50,194 nucleotides of DNA. Source: a virus. The notes under the pieces are model-generated. The model was not told the DNA's origin. It did no database searches and worked only from the letters and a program-made list of their open reading frames with translations. Shown here piece after piece: positions 1-8,023 of the stretch; position 1 is the stretch's first letter; every line of letters begins with the position of its first letter. The position numbers and the translations under genes were made by a program. Location of the stretch: the IMG/VR virus record IMGVR_UViG_3300014645_000001; one strand, given 5' to 3'.

Positions 1-121
1 CCAAACATGCGACCGGCGATCAGTAATGACCTGTACTCCGGCCTCACAGCGTCGGGTGATCGCACGGGTCGGCGTCTGACCCGGGCCGATGTGGAAGCGT
101 TCATCGAGTCCGTAGCTACAC
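1..121. repeat. 121-bp exact direct repeat of the window end (1-121 = 50074-50194); circular closure or terminal redundancy
   Basis: Base-by-base comparison of both ends gives identical strings from CCAAACATGCGACC to GTAGCTACAC. Confidence 0.95.
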
Positions 122-438
122 GCGTGTCTGCCCGGTTGTGGCGCCTGGATAGTACCCCTGAGCGGTTCCGCGAGAACCTGCGGGTCATGGCCCGTGACCT
201 GGTTGCGAACGGTGCCGCCCACTATGTGCAGGCCGCATTGTTCCCGGCGTCTGCAGGCCCGAACGACGGCAACGCGTACGCGGACCGCCTGTGGCAGAGG
301 TTCAAAACCGACCTGGATGACATGGTCACCCAGGTGGATGATGTGATCGACGAGGGTGACCCGGACACCCCGGGTGGTGTGGGGCGGTCTGCATGGTCGG
401 CCCCGGCCCCGTTCTTCCCCGACGAGATGAGGTTCTGA
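1..438 (+). CDS. head-tail adaptor/connector protein, 3' part (gene starts near 49987 and runs through the circular junction)
   Basis: The frame is open from position 1 and continuous with the open frame at 49987-50194. It lies between the capsid genes and the head-tail joining gene. Its stop overlaps the next start (ATGA). Confidence 0.6.
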   Translation, partial: PNMRPAISNDLYSGLTASGDRTGRRLTRADVEAFIESVATRVSARLWRLDSTPERFRENLRVMARDLVANGAAHYVQAALFPASAGPNDGNAYADRLWQRFKTDLDDMVTQVDDVIDEGDPDTPGGVGRSAWSAPAPFFPDEMRF

Positions 439-926
439 TGGGCGCTGTACTGCGGATGACGGTGGGCGGGAAGACCGTCACCCACGACCTGGAACGGTTG
501 CGGGCCAACGGCCTGAACATGCGACCCGCCCTGGAACGGGTGCTGCAGGTCCAGACGGATGCTGTGCGGGACCAGTTCGACACGGAGGGCCAGCACTACG
601 GGCAGAGGTGGGCTGGGCTGTCCCGCAAGTACAAGGTTCGGAAGGACCGGGAACGCCCGGGCCGGAAGATCCTCGTGTACTCGGGGAAGCTCAAGCGCAC
701 CGCCGCCCCGCACCTGGCAGCGCAGGCTGGGGTGTACCGGGTCACGGGTAAACGTGGTGAGGTGGGTTTGACGGACGCGCAGGTGCCGTACGCGAAGTAC
801 CACCAGGCGGGCACGAACAAGATGCCGGCCCGCCCGTTCATGGGTGACCCGACGACGAAGGACCAGAAGGCCATGGTGAAGGAAGTGCACAGGTGGCTGG
901 TGAACGGCCTGGAGGTGTTGCGCTGA
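438..926 (+). CDS. head-tail joining / virion morphogenesis protein (HK97 gp10 / Mu gpG-like)
   Basis: ATGA-coupled start. The C-terminal motif AKYHQAGTNKMPARPFMG is typical of this family. Position in the connector module fits. Confidence 0.6.
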   Translation: MGAVLRMTVGGKTVTHDLERLRANGLNMRPALERVLQVQTDAVRDQFDTEGQHYGQRWAGLSRKYKVRKDRERPGRKILVYSGKLKRTAAPHLAAQAGVYRVTGKRGEVGLTDAQVPYAKYHQAGTNKMPARPFMGDPTTKDQKAMVKEVHRWLVNGLEVLR

Positions 927-1627
927 TGCTCGGAGCTGAGGGCGTGAAAACCCTGGTGATCCGCCGACTCATGGAGGTGCTCCCGAAGTCGTTGCAGATT
1001 CGCCGGGAGATCCTGGGTTGTGACCCGGCTGAGCTCCCGGACCCGGTCAGGTATGTGCCGTCCCCCGAGTTGGACCTTGCGGTGGGCGAGTACCCCGCGA
1101 TTACCGTGGCGGTGGATGACACCCCGGGTGAGATCTCGAACGTGGGCCCGATTGACGCGGACGATCAGGGGATCGTGCAGCAGTATCAACTGGAGTACAA
1201 CGTGCTCGTCGGCGTGTACGCCATGTCCGCGGATTCGTCGGAGACGGGTGCGTTGATCGCCCGCCTGCAGGCTGAACGCCTCGCCCTGGGGTGCCGTGAA
1301 GCACTGCTGCAACGGCCCATGCTGGTGGACGCTAAGAAAGAGCACACGGACCAGGCCGAGGTCACCTACAAGAGGTGGATCGAGGACTACGGGGCGCTCC
1401 AGCCAGGCGGGAATAAGGGTGCGTGGTTTGGCGCCGCCCAACTCCGTGTCCCGATCCTCGCAACCGAGTTCTTGGACCGGTCCCCGTACATGGATCACAA
1501 CTGGTACGTGCTCACCGACGTGGACTTGTACCGGCAGGACCCGGTCACCCGCGAATATATCCCGGGAACGTTCCACCACGTGGCTGGGGATAGTGACACG
1601 CGACCCCATCCCCCCACGGGTCTCTGA
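926..1627 (+). CDS. neck / tail-completion (sheath-terminator-like) protein
   Basis: ATGA coupling and a position immediately upstream of the sheath gene. No specific motif was recognised. Confidence 0.4.
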   Translation: MLGAEGVKTLVIRRLMEVLPKSLQIRREILGCDPAELPDPVRYVPSPELDLAVGEYPAITVAVDDTPGEISNVGPIDADDQGIVQQYQLEYNVLVGVYAMSADSSETGALIARLQAERLALGCREALLQRPMLVDAKKEHTDQAEVTYKRWIEDYGALQPGGNKGAWFGAAQLRVPILATEFLDRSPYMDHNWYVLTDVDLYRQDPVTREYIPGTFHHVAGDSDTRPHPPTGL

Positions 1628-1646
1628 TAGCAGGGATGGTAGGGGT

Positions 1647-1829
1647 ATGGCCAGAAAAAACCGAGGCGCCCAGTACGTGAACGCCTACAACTCTCGCCCG
1701 TACCCGGTGATGGTGGACTCCGTGGGTCACCTCATGGACGGGTCGTCCTGGCGGGTCGTCAACACTGAGGACCCGATCACAGCCCGCCTGATCGAGCGGG
1801 GAACACTCATCATCAAGGAGGGCCAGTAG
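1647..1829 (+). CDS. small hypothetical structural-module protein (60 aa)
   Basis: ATG preceded by GGTAGGGG. Its stop overlaps the GTG start of the sheath gene. Confidence 0.4.
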   Translation: MARKNRGAQYVNAYNSRPYPVMVDSVGHLMDGSSWRVVNTEDPITARLIERGTLIIKEGQ

Positions 1830-3289
1830 TGGCTACCTACACTCGTATTGGTGTGGACACGAACGTTAGTGTCCAGGCCGCCCCGTCCGCGCAGTCCGTT
1901 CCCTCGGGCCGCGCACAGTTCGTTGGGGTCACGCAGAAGGGCCCCATGGGGCACCCGTACGCGCTGACCTCGATCCGGGACTTTGAGCGCCTGTTCGGTG
2001 GTCGGGTACCGTTCTCGTCCCTGTACGACGAGGTGCGCGCCTACTTCAACCTGGGTGGCGCGGAAGCGTTCATCACCCGCGTGGTCGGCCCCGCCGCCAC
2101 TAACGGGTCTGTGACGCTCACGGATGGTGCCCCGGAGTCCCCGAAGGACGTGCTCACCGTCGAGGTTATCGACCCGGGCCAGCACTCCAAGGACTACACG
2201 GCCACGGTTACTGCCCGCCCTGACGTGGGTTTCGACCTGAACGTTGTGGACACCTCCACCGGGCGTGCTATCGCCAGCTTCCTCGCCAACGAGTCCCCCG
2301 CTGACCTCGCTAACCGGGCTATCGGCAACCCCGTGATCCGCATCAAGGATCTTGGGGCCAAGGTGAACCCTGGTGCCGGTGTGAAGCAGATCAGTGCCGG
2401 GTCTGATGACCGTGCGTCGATCACCATTGCCGACTATGTGAAGGCCCTTGACGCCCACAAGGACGTGCCCTCCGGTGTCGCCGTCGTCACCCCCGGCCTG
2501 TTCGCGTCGGTGACCGCGGAGAAGATCGGGCAGCACGCCTCTGAGCACCGCAAGATCTACCTCACGGACCTCGAACCGGACACCACCGTGGACGAGGCAG
2601 CCGCCGTGGGTGACCAGCTCATGGGCAAACCGAACTCGCATGTGGTGGGCCTGGTGTACCCGGCGATCCGCATCCCGGACCTGAACCAGCGCACCCGCAC
2701 TGTGGGGGGTGCCGCGTATGCTGCGGCGGCCCGTTCGGTGACGCACACTCGTACGTCCCCCGCCCAGCCCCCGGCTGGTCAGGCGCGTGCGATGGTCGCC
2801 CCCACGTCCCCGGTGCACAAGCTGGACCTGGACGACATCAACGAGCTGAACCAGCATGGTGTGAACGGTATCCAGACCACTGGCGGCCAGTCGTACCTGA
2901 ACAACTGGTCCTCCCTGTCCACGGACCCGACGCTGCGGGAGCTCGCGCACACGGACGCGCTGCACCAGATCGAGATCAGCCTCCGTGCCGCCGCTGAGCC
3001 CCTGCTGTGGCGCCCCAACGAGGGCATGGAACGTATCCGTGGTGAGGCTGCGGGGATCGTGGATACGGTCCTGCAACCCTACTACGCGGCCGGTTACCTG
3101 TTCCCGGCGCTGGACGCGGAGGGCAACAGCCTGGACCCGGGGTACACGGCGACGGTGGAGCAGATCCGGGAGTCGAGGCAGAACGCCCCGTACTCGGAGC
3201 TGAACCTGACCGTTTCGGTCCGGTTGTCCCCGATCATCCGTCACATCGTCATCGGCCTGAACTCCGAAGACCCCTCGACTGCCTTCTAA
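1829..3289 (+). CDS. tail sheath protein
   Basis: A 486-aa protein followed by a 145-aa tube-size protein, a chaperone and a tape measure. Baseplate W/J/V genes are present, so the tail is contractile. The N-terminus is sheath-like. Confidence 0.7.
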   Translation: MATYTRIGVDTNVSVQAAPSAQSVPSGRAQFVGVTQKGPMGHPYALTSIRDFERLFGGRVPFSSLYDEVRAYFNLGGAEAFITRVVGPAATNGSVTLTDGAPESPKDVLTVEVIDPGQHSKDYTATVTARPDVGFDLNVVDTSTGRAIASFLANESPADLANRAIGNPVIRIKDLGAKVNPGAGVKQISAGSDDRASITIADYVKALDAHKDVPSGVAVVTPGLFASVTAEKIGQHASEHRKIYLTDLEPDTTVDEAAAVGDQLMGKPNSHVVGLVYPAIRIPDLNQRTRTVGGAAYAAAARSVTHTRTSPAQPPAGQARAMVAPTSPVHKLDLDDINELNQHGVNGIQTTGGQSYLNNWSSLSTDPTLRELAHTDALHQIEISLRAAAEPLLWRPNEGMERIRGEAAGIVDTVLQPYYAAGYLFPALDAEGNSLDPGYTATVEQIRESRQNAPYSELNLTVSVRLSPIIRHIVIGLNSEDPSTAF

Positions 3290-3301
3290 GGAGACTGACT
3301 C

Positions 3302-3739
3302 ATGGCAACGATTGGCGCCGCTCAGGCGAACGTGCAGATCACGGGCGGGAAGATCCGTGTGCCGGGCATGTGGGACACCCGTGAGGGTGGCGAACGGACC
3401 CGCGAGATCACCGCGTATTTCGGTGGTGGGCAGAAGGTCAACGACTTCGTGTACGGCAAGACCACGGGCGGGGACATGACCCTCACCCGGGGTTACGACC
3501 CGAAGCGTGACGACACCTGGTTCTCACAGTTGAACCGTGCCCTGGAGAACGGGGAGGAGTGCCTGTACACGGTCACCCAGACCCCGGTGACGACCACGGG
3601 CACCACGTATGGGAAGACGACCACGTGGCCGAACATCCCCGTGAAGTCCCTGAAGCACATGGACTCGAAGGCCGGCAGCGAGGCTGACGCGGGCATGGTG
3701 GAGATCGTGTTCGCGACCCGAGGCCCTGGGGCTTCCTGA
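3302..3739 (+). CDS. tail tube protein
   Basis: 145 aa, directly after the sheath gene, with an AAGGAG RBS and a strong hairpin downstream. Confidence 0.6.
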   Translation: MATIGAAQANVQITGGKIRVPGMWDTREGGERTREITAYFGGGQKVNDFVYGKTTGGDMTLTRGYDPKRDDTWFSQLNRALENGEECLYTVTQTPVTTTGTTYGKTTTWPNIPVKSLKHMDSKAGSEADAGMVEIVFATRGPGAS

Positions 3740-3749
3740 TTGACTCGGC

Positions 3750-3784
3750 GCGGCTGGTGGTGCCCCCTGTCCCCCACCGGCCGC
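3750..3784 (+). terminator. GC-rich hairpin after the sheath-tube pair (attenuator/terminator)
   Basis: GCGGCTGGTGG pairs with CCACCGGCCGC (11 bp with one G-U), 13-nt loop, no clear U-tract. Confidence 0.4.
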
Positions 3785-3839
3785 GTCGTCAACCTTCTAC
3801 TGGGACGGGGACCGCACGATTTAGGACAGGACCCTAATC

Positions 3840-4415
3840 ATGGCTGACTTCAGTAGCATCGACCGCACCGCCGAGGACAAGGACATTGAGCGGGAGGGCA
3901 TGGCCGCGACCGGCAACCCAACCCGTGGTGGTTCCCCCCTCGACATTCTCAAGGCAAAGTTCCGGGGCCTGGACCAGCAGCGCACGAAGGTGCTGCCGGT
4001 GGTAGCCCGTAACGGGGAACAGTTCTGGCTGGAGCTGGACCTGGATGTCACCGAGGATGACATGAACACGTACACGGAGCGGGCGGACCGTGCAAACCGT
4101 GCGCAGCGTCGCGCCGGCCAGTCCGACATTTCCCAGGCGGTGCTGGCGGGCAACGTGATCTCGGAGAAGAACACCCGCATGTGGGCGGTGAACCCGCTGG
4201 ACAAGGACGACAAGGTCCTGCCCAGTGTGGACCCGGTGGTGGACACGGAGGGCGAACCGATCACGGTGCACTCCGAGGAGTGGTGCGAGGCCCTGGGGTT
4301 CCCGGGTGACCCGGTGGGTGGTCTGCGGCACCTGCTGGGTGATTTCAGCCTGGTGGCCCTGTTCAACCTGTACTCCCAGTCGGTGGGCACTGACGTGGAC
4401 CCTACACGCGCCTAG
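3840..4415 (+). CDS. tail assembly chaperone (gpE/gpG-like)
   Basis: Lies between the tube and tape measure genes. The protein is acidic. A downstream -1-frame ORF has coding character. Confidence 0.6.
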   Translation: MADFSSIDRTAEDKDIEREGMAATGNPTRGGSPLDILKAKFRGLDQQRTKVLPVVARNGEQFWLELDLDVTEDDMNTYTERADRANRAQRRAGQSDISQAVLAGNVISEKNTRMWAVNPLDKDDKVLPSVDPVVDTEGEPITVHSEEWCEALGFPGDPVGGLRHLLGDFSLVALFNLYSQSVGTDVDPTRA

Positions 4416-4600
4416 TCTGGCGGCTCTCCGGGGACCCCCAGTTCAAGGACGGGGTGTGGGTGTGCGAGCAGCTGCACCTCGACCCGGGGATCTACTTCAC
4501 GGAGACGGACCCTGACAGGCAGGCCGCACGGGACGCGGCGGCGACGGTGATCTACGACCGGAAACGCACTGAGCTAGTGGAGAAGCACAACACGATCTAA
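4394..4600 (+). CDS. -1-frame extension of the tail assembly chaperone (putative frameshift product), or an independent 48-aa ORF from GTG 4454
   Basis: The -1 frame is open from 4394 (after TGA 4391-4393) to TAA 4598-4600. It reads LVWRLSGDPQFKDGVWVCEQLHLDPGIYFTETD... with high GC3. It ends just before the tape measure RBS. Confidence 0.45.
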   Translation, partial: RGPYTRLVWRLSGDPQFKDGVWVCEQLHLDPGIYFTETDPDRQAARDAAATVIYDRKRTELVEKHNTI

Positions 4601-4609
4601 GGAGACCTG

Positions 4610-7165
4610 GTGGCCGGTTCGAGGATGACGTTCGTCGCCGAGTTCGTGGACCGGCTCACCGGGCCCTCCACGAAAGCCAAGAAGGCTGTGGAGGACCTTG
4701 GGAAAGCCACCGCTGAGGCCGCGAAGAAGTCGGAGCAGGCGAACCGTCGGGCCGAGTCCGCAGACCAGAAGCGTGCGTCGTCGTCAAGGCGGGCCGCTGA
4801 GGATGTGCGCCGGTCGGAGGGCAGGAAGGCCACCGCTACGGCTGGGGCTGCGACTGCGGCGGAGCGTGCTTCCCGTACGGTGGAGGGCGCTGAACGCCGT
4901 CAGCAGCGGGCGTCCAGGGACACTGCGACTGCTGTGGGGCGTTCCACTGGTCAGCAGCGGCGTGCGTCGCAGACCACCGCGCAGGCGATCCAGAATCATG
5001 GGAGGCGCATCAACACCACGCTCGGGGGCACCCGGTCGGCGTCGGCGCGCACGGCGGACGCGATTCAGCAGATGGCGGGCCGCTCGAACCGTGCCGTGTC
5101 GGGGATGCAGCGGGGCATGGACCGGGTGAACCCGGGGCGCATGGCTTCCCGGTACAACTCTGCGCTGGGGCGGATGCTGTCCCGCACGGAGCAGGTGTCG
5201 GGGAAGATCCAGGGGCACCTGGACAAGATCAGCAACTCTGGTGCTGTGCGCGGCGCCCAGGTCGGCGCGACCGTCGTTGGTGGCATGGCCCTGGCTGGTG
5301 GCGCGAAGCGTATCGCGGACGTGCAGCAGGCCGACGTGGTCATGCAAACCATGGGCCTCAGCGACGCTGACCGTGGGAAGCTGATCGGCCAGTACAAGGG
5401 CCTCGCGCAGAACACCCCCTACTCCACCGGCGCTATCTCCATGCTCGGCTCCGGTCTACTCTCCGCCGGCATGTCACAGGACGACCTGCAAGGCGCGTTG
5501 AAGGGCGCGATCAACACCGGTGCCCTGTACGGCATGTCCCTGGAGGACATTGCCCTGCCGCTGAAGCAGATCCAGGCTAAGGGCAAACTGCAGGGCGACG
5601 ACGTGAACCAGCTCGTGGACCGGGGTATCCCGATCTACAAGTGGATCGCGGAGCAGAAGGGCGTGGACCAGTCCAAGATCCCGGACCTGGTGTCGAAGGG
5701 CCAGGTGTCCTCGGATGACGTGTTCAAGGCGCTGGCGAAGAACTCGGAGGGCGGCGCGGAGAAGGCCGCGGGCACACTGAAGGGTTCGTGGACTAACTTC
5801 TTGTCCTCCATCTCGCAGGGCGGTGAGGCGTTCCTGACCCCGCTGGTGGGCCCGCTCACGGACCTGTTGAAGGGCGCGAAGGACACGATCTCGGCTATGA
5901 AACCGGCCTTGTCGATCCTGGGGCAGGTTACCGGGGTGATCGTGAAGGGTCTCACCCCTGCCCTGCCGGTGCTGATCCCCTTGGTGGTGGGGCTCGGTGG
6001 TGGCCTGCTGGCTCTGGCGGTGGCGGCGAAGGCTGCCCTAGTGGTCAAATCGTTGGCTACCGGGCTTGGGCTGCTCCGTAGCTTCCTGGGTGGGCGCGGT
6101 CGTGGTCGGGGTGCGACGGGCGCTGTCGGCCTGTTCACGGAGTTCCTCGGTGGTATGCGTGACGGCGCCCGGGAAGCCTACGGGCAGCGTGGCCTCGGTG
6201 GGCTCAATGCGGGCCTCGATACAGCCACGAAGAAGATGGGCAAAGCCCAGGGATCGGCGAAAGGTCTGATGGGGTCACTCCGTGGCATGGGCGGACTGGC
6301 CGCTACCGCCGGGGGTCTCCTCGGCGGCATGGCATTGGGGGGCACTTCGAGTATCAACGCCGACCTGAACCCGGAGGGTGCGGCGAACAACATTAAGACC
6401 GGCGGGGACGTAAACGCCGAGTTCAAGGACAAGGAATGGGCTAACAAGAACGGGTCCATCCTGGGCGGCACAATGTCCGGGGTCAACGGTATCGGCGACG
6501 TGGTGAACAAGAAACAGCACATGGGTGCTGGGGACAAGTTCGCCGGCTGGTTCGGTGACGGGAAGTTCTTCGGCTACAAGGACGGGTGGCAGAAGGGTTT
6601 CGACTCCCTCTCCGAGCAGGACTCTGCGCTGGCCGGCCTGGTTGGCACCCCTGAAGCTGGAACCAGGTGGAATTCGATCCTCGCGGACGTGCAACGTACC
6701 GGTTCCTCTCCGCAGGACGCGTTGGCGTCGTTCCCGGAGTACAAGGCCGCGGTCACGGACCGGTTGTCGAACCTCACCCCACCGGTGAAGGCCGACGACA
6801 ACACTCTGTTGCAGTACATGGGCAACACTGCCGGGTACCGCAATGGCGGTTTCACCGGGATGGGCGCGGCGTCCGCGCCGGCTGGTGTGGTGCATGGCCG
6901 TGAGTACGTGATGCCGGAGTCGGTGACTTCCCGGCCGGGGATGCTCCCGGCGTTGCGTCAGATCCACCGGACCGGGGAGGTGCCGCGCACCTATCACGGT
7001 GACACCACCAGCGTGCAGGTCAATGTGAACGCTGCTGGTGCGACTGTGGAGGCCGCACAGGCTGTGGGGCAGAGCGTGGAGGAAGCCGTGAACCGGGTGC
7101 TGGCACGCCGTGAGCGCCGGGCGTCTAACCGGCATGGTACGAGGGAATTGAGGGGTGCGAACTGA
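4610..7165 (+). CDS. tape measure protein
   Basis: 851 aa with an Ala/Arg-rich coiled N-terminal region and central Gly-rich TM-like segments. Canonical position after the chaperone pair. RBS AAGGAG plus GTG start. Confidence 0.85.
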   Translation: MAGSRMTFVAEFVDRLTGPSTKAKKAVEDLGKATAEAAKKSEQANRRAESADQKRASSSRRAAEDVRRSEGRKATATAGAATAAERASRTVEGAERRQQRASRDTATAVGRSTGQQRRASQTTAQAIQNHGRRINTTLGGTRSASARTADAIQQMAGRSNRAVSGMQRGMDRVNPGRMASRYNSALGRMLSRTEQVSGKIQGHLDKISNSGAVRGAQVGATVVGGMALAGGAKRIADVQQADVVMQTMGLSDADRGKLIGQYKGLAQNTPYSTGAISMLGSGLLSAGMSQDDLQGALKGAINTGALYGMSLEDIALPLKQIQAKGKLQGDDVNQLVDRGIPIYKWIAEQKGVDQSKIPDLVSKGQVSSDDVFKALAKNSEGGAEKAAGTLKGSWTNFLSSISQGGEAFLTPLVGPLTDLLKGAKDTISAMKPALSILGQVTGVIVKGLTPALPVLIPLVVGLGGGLLALAVAAKAALVVKSLATGLGLLRSFLGGRGRGRGATGAVGLFTEFLGGMRDGAREAYGQRGLGGLNAGLDTATKKMGKAQGSAKGLMGSLRGMGGLAATAGGLLGGMALGGTSSINADLNPEGAANNIKTGGDVNAEFKDKEWANKNGSILGGTMSGVNGIGDVVNKKQHMGAGDKFAGWFGDGKFFGYKDGWQKGFDSLSEQDSALAGLVGTPEAGTRWNSILADVQRTGSSPQDALASFPEYKAAVTDRLSNLTPPVKADDNTLLQYMGNTAGYRNGGFTGMGAASAPAGVVHGREYVMPESVTSRPGMLPALRQIHRTGEVPRTYHGDTTSVQVNVNAAGATVEAAQAVGQSVEEAVNRVLARRERRASNRHGTRELRGAN

Positions 7166-7818
7166 TGCCGAGCGTGAGTGTGGCGTACCGGACTGGTAAT
7201 GGTGGCCCGGTGATGTCGGTGCAGATCGACGGGGATAAGGGCATGTACTCGATGGTGTCCACCCCACCCGAGTTGTCGGTGGAGTGGGGCGCGCCGCGCC
7301 TGGATTCCTCGGACCGGCCCGCGCTGAAACCCGTGACCTTCCCCAGCGGTAAGGGCCTGCGGAAGTTCTCGTTCGAGCACACCGTGTGGGCCACTAACAC
7401 CCAGGCGTCGGTGGATGACCTGCTGGTGGGGTTGCGGAAGATCGCTGAGACCGGTAAGAAGGTCCGGTTCTTCAACGCCGGGTGGATCGCCTCGGACACC
7501 TGGTGGTGGGTGGAGTCCTGCAAACCTACGGTGGAGCAGATGGGCGACGGAAACCGTGCGAACCGGGTGAAAGTCGCATGGTCGTTGACGGAGGCTGTCA
7601 CCTCGAACCAGGTGGACTGGGCGAAAACCCCAGCCCAGGAGCAACCCCCGATCAAGATCGAGGCGAAAGGCCCCGAGAAGGCCGAGACTGACGAGTCCGG
7701 CGGGGCACCTACCCCGAACACGAAGGACGGTGTGACCCCAGGGAAGGTAACCACCAGCATCGCGGACCCGTCAACACCCCAACCCGCGCCGGGCGCCGGC
7801 ACGTTGAAGATGTTCTAG
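7165..7818 (+). CDS. tail protein, P2 gpU-like / DNA-circulation-like
   Basis: ATGA-coupled to the tape measure gene and followed by a LysM (gpX-like) gene and a gpD-like gene, as in P2-type tails. Confidence 0.4.
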   Translation: MPSVSVAYRTGNGGPVMSVQIDGDKGMYSMVSTPPELSVEWGAPRLDSSDRPALKPVTFPSGKGLRKFSFEHTVWATNTQASVDDLLVGLRKIAETGKKVRFFNAGWIASDTWWWVESCKPTVEQMGDGNRANRVKVAWSLTEAVTSNQVDWAKTPAQEQPPIKIEAKGPEKAETDESGGAPTPNTKDGVTPGKVTTSIADPSTPQPAPGAGTLKMF

Positions 7819-7828
7819 GAGGCACCAG

Positions 7829-8023
7829 GTGGCGCAACGCAGTAGGCAGCAGGTCGTTTGGACTGTGGGGATGACGTGGTGGCGTCTCGCGGAGGACGTT
7901 TACGGGGATGGGTCCGCGTGGATCAGGATCGCTGAGGCGAACCCTGGGCACAACCCTGCGCGCATGGTGCCGGGCACGGTCCTGGATGTTCCCATGTTGG
8001 AGCAGGCGGTGGTGGCGCTGTGA
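7829..8023 (+). CDS. LysM-domain tail protein (P2 gpX-like)
   Basis: 64 aa. WWRLAEDVYGDGSAWIRIAEANPG...GTVLDVP is a LysM-type motif. RBS AGGAGG. Confidence 0.6.
   Translation: MAQRSRQQVVWTVGMTWWRLAEDVYGDGSAWIRIAEANPGHNPARMVPGTVLDVPMLEQAVVAL

Noticed and set aside
1727-3244. Long minus-strand ORFs opposite structural genes, for example 1727..3244, 10651..11982, 41743..42837 and 47054..48640.
   Set aside because: Their products are Arg/Pro/Gly/His-rich, which is typical of antisense shadow frames in high-GC DNA. They have no RBS, they fully overlap well-supported + strand genes, and they do not fit the coupled gene chain.
4225-4515. The +1-frame ORF overlapping the chaperone 3' end, as a possible frameshift target, and read-through of TAG 4413.
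   Set aside because: Both translations (…RGPPVQGRGVGVRAAAPRPGD… and the zero-frame continuation after TAG) look like GC-rich junk. Only the -1 frame (4394-4600) has protein-like sequence, and it ends exactly at the tape measure RBS.
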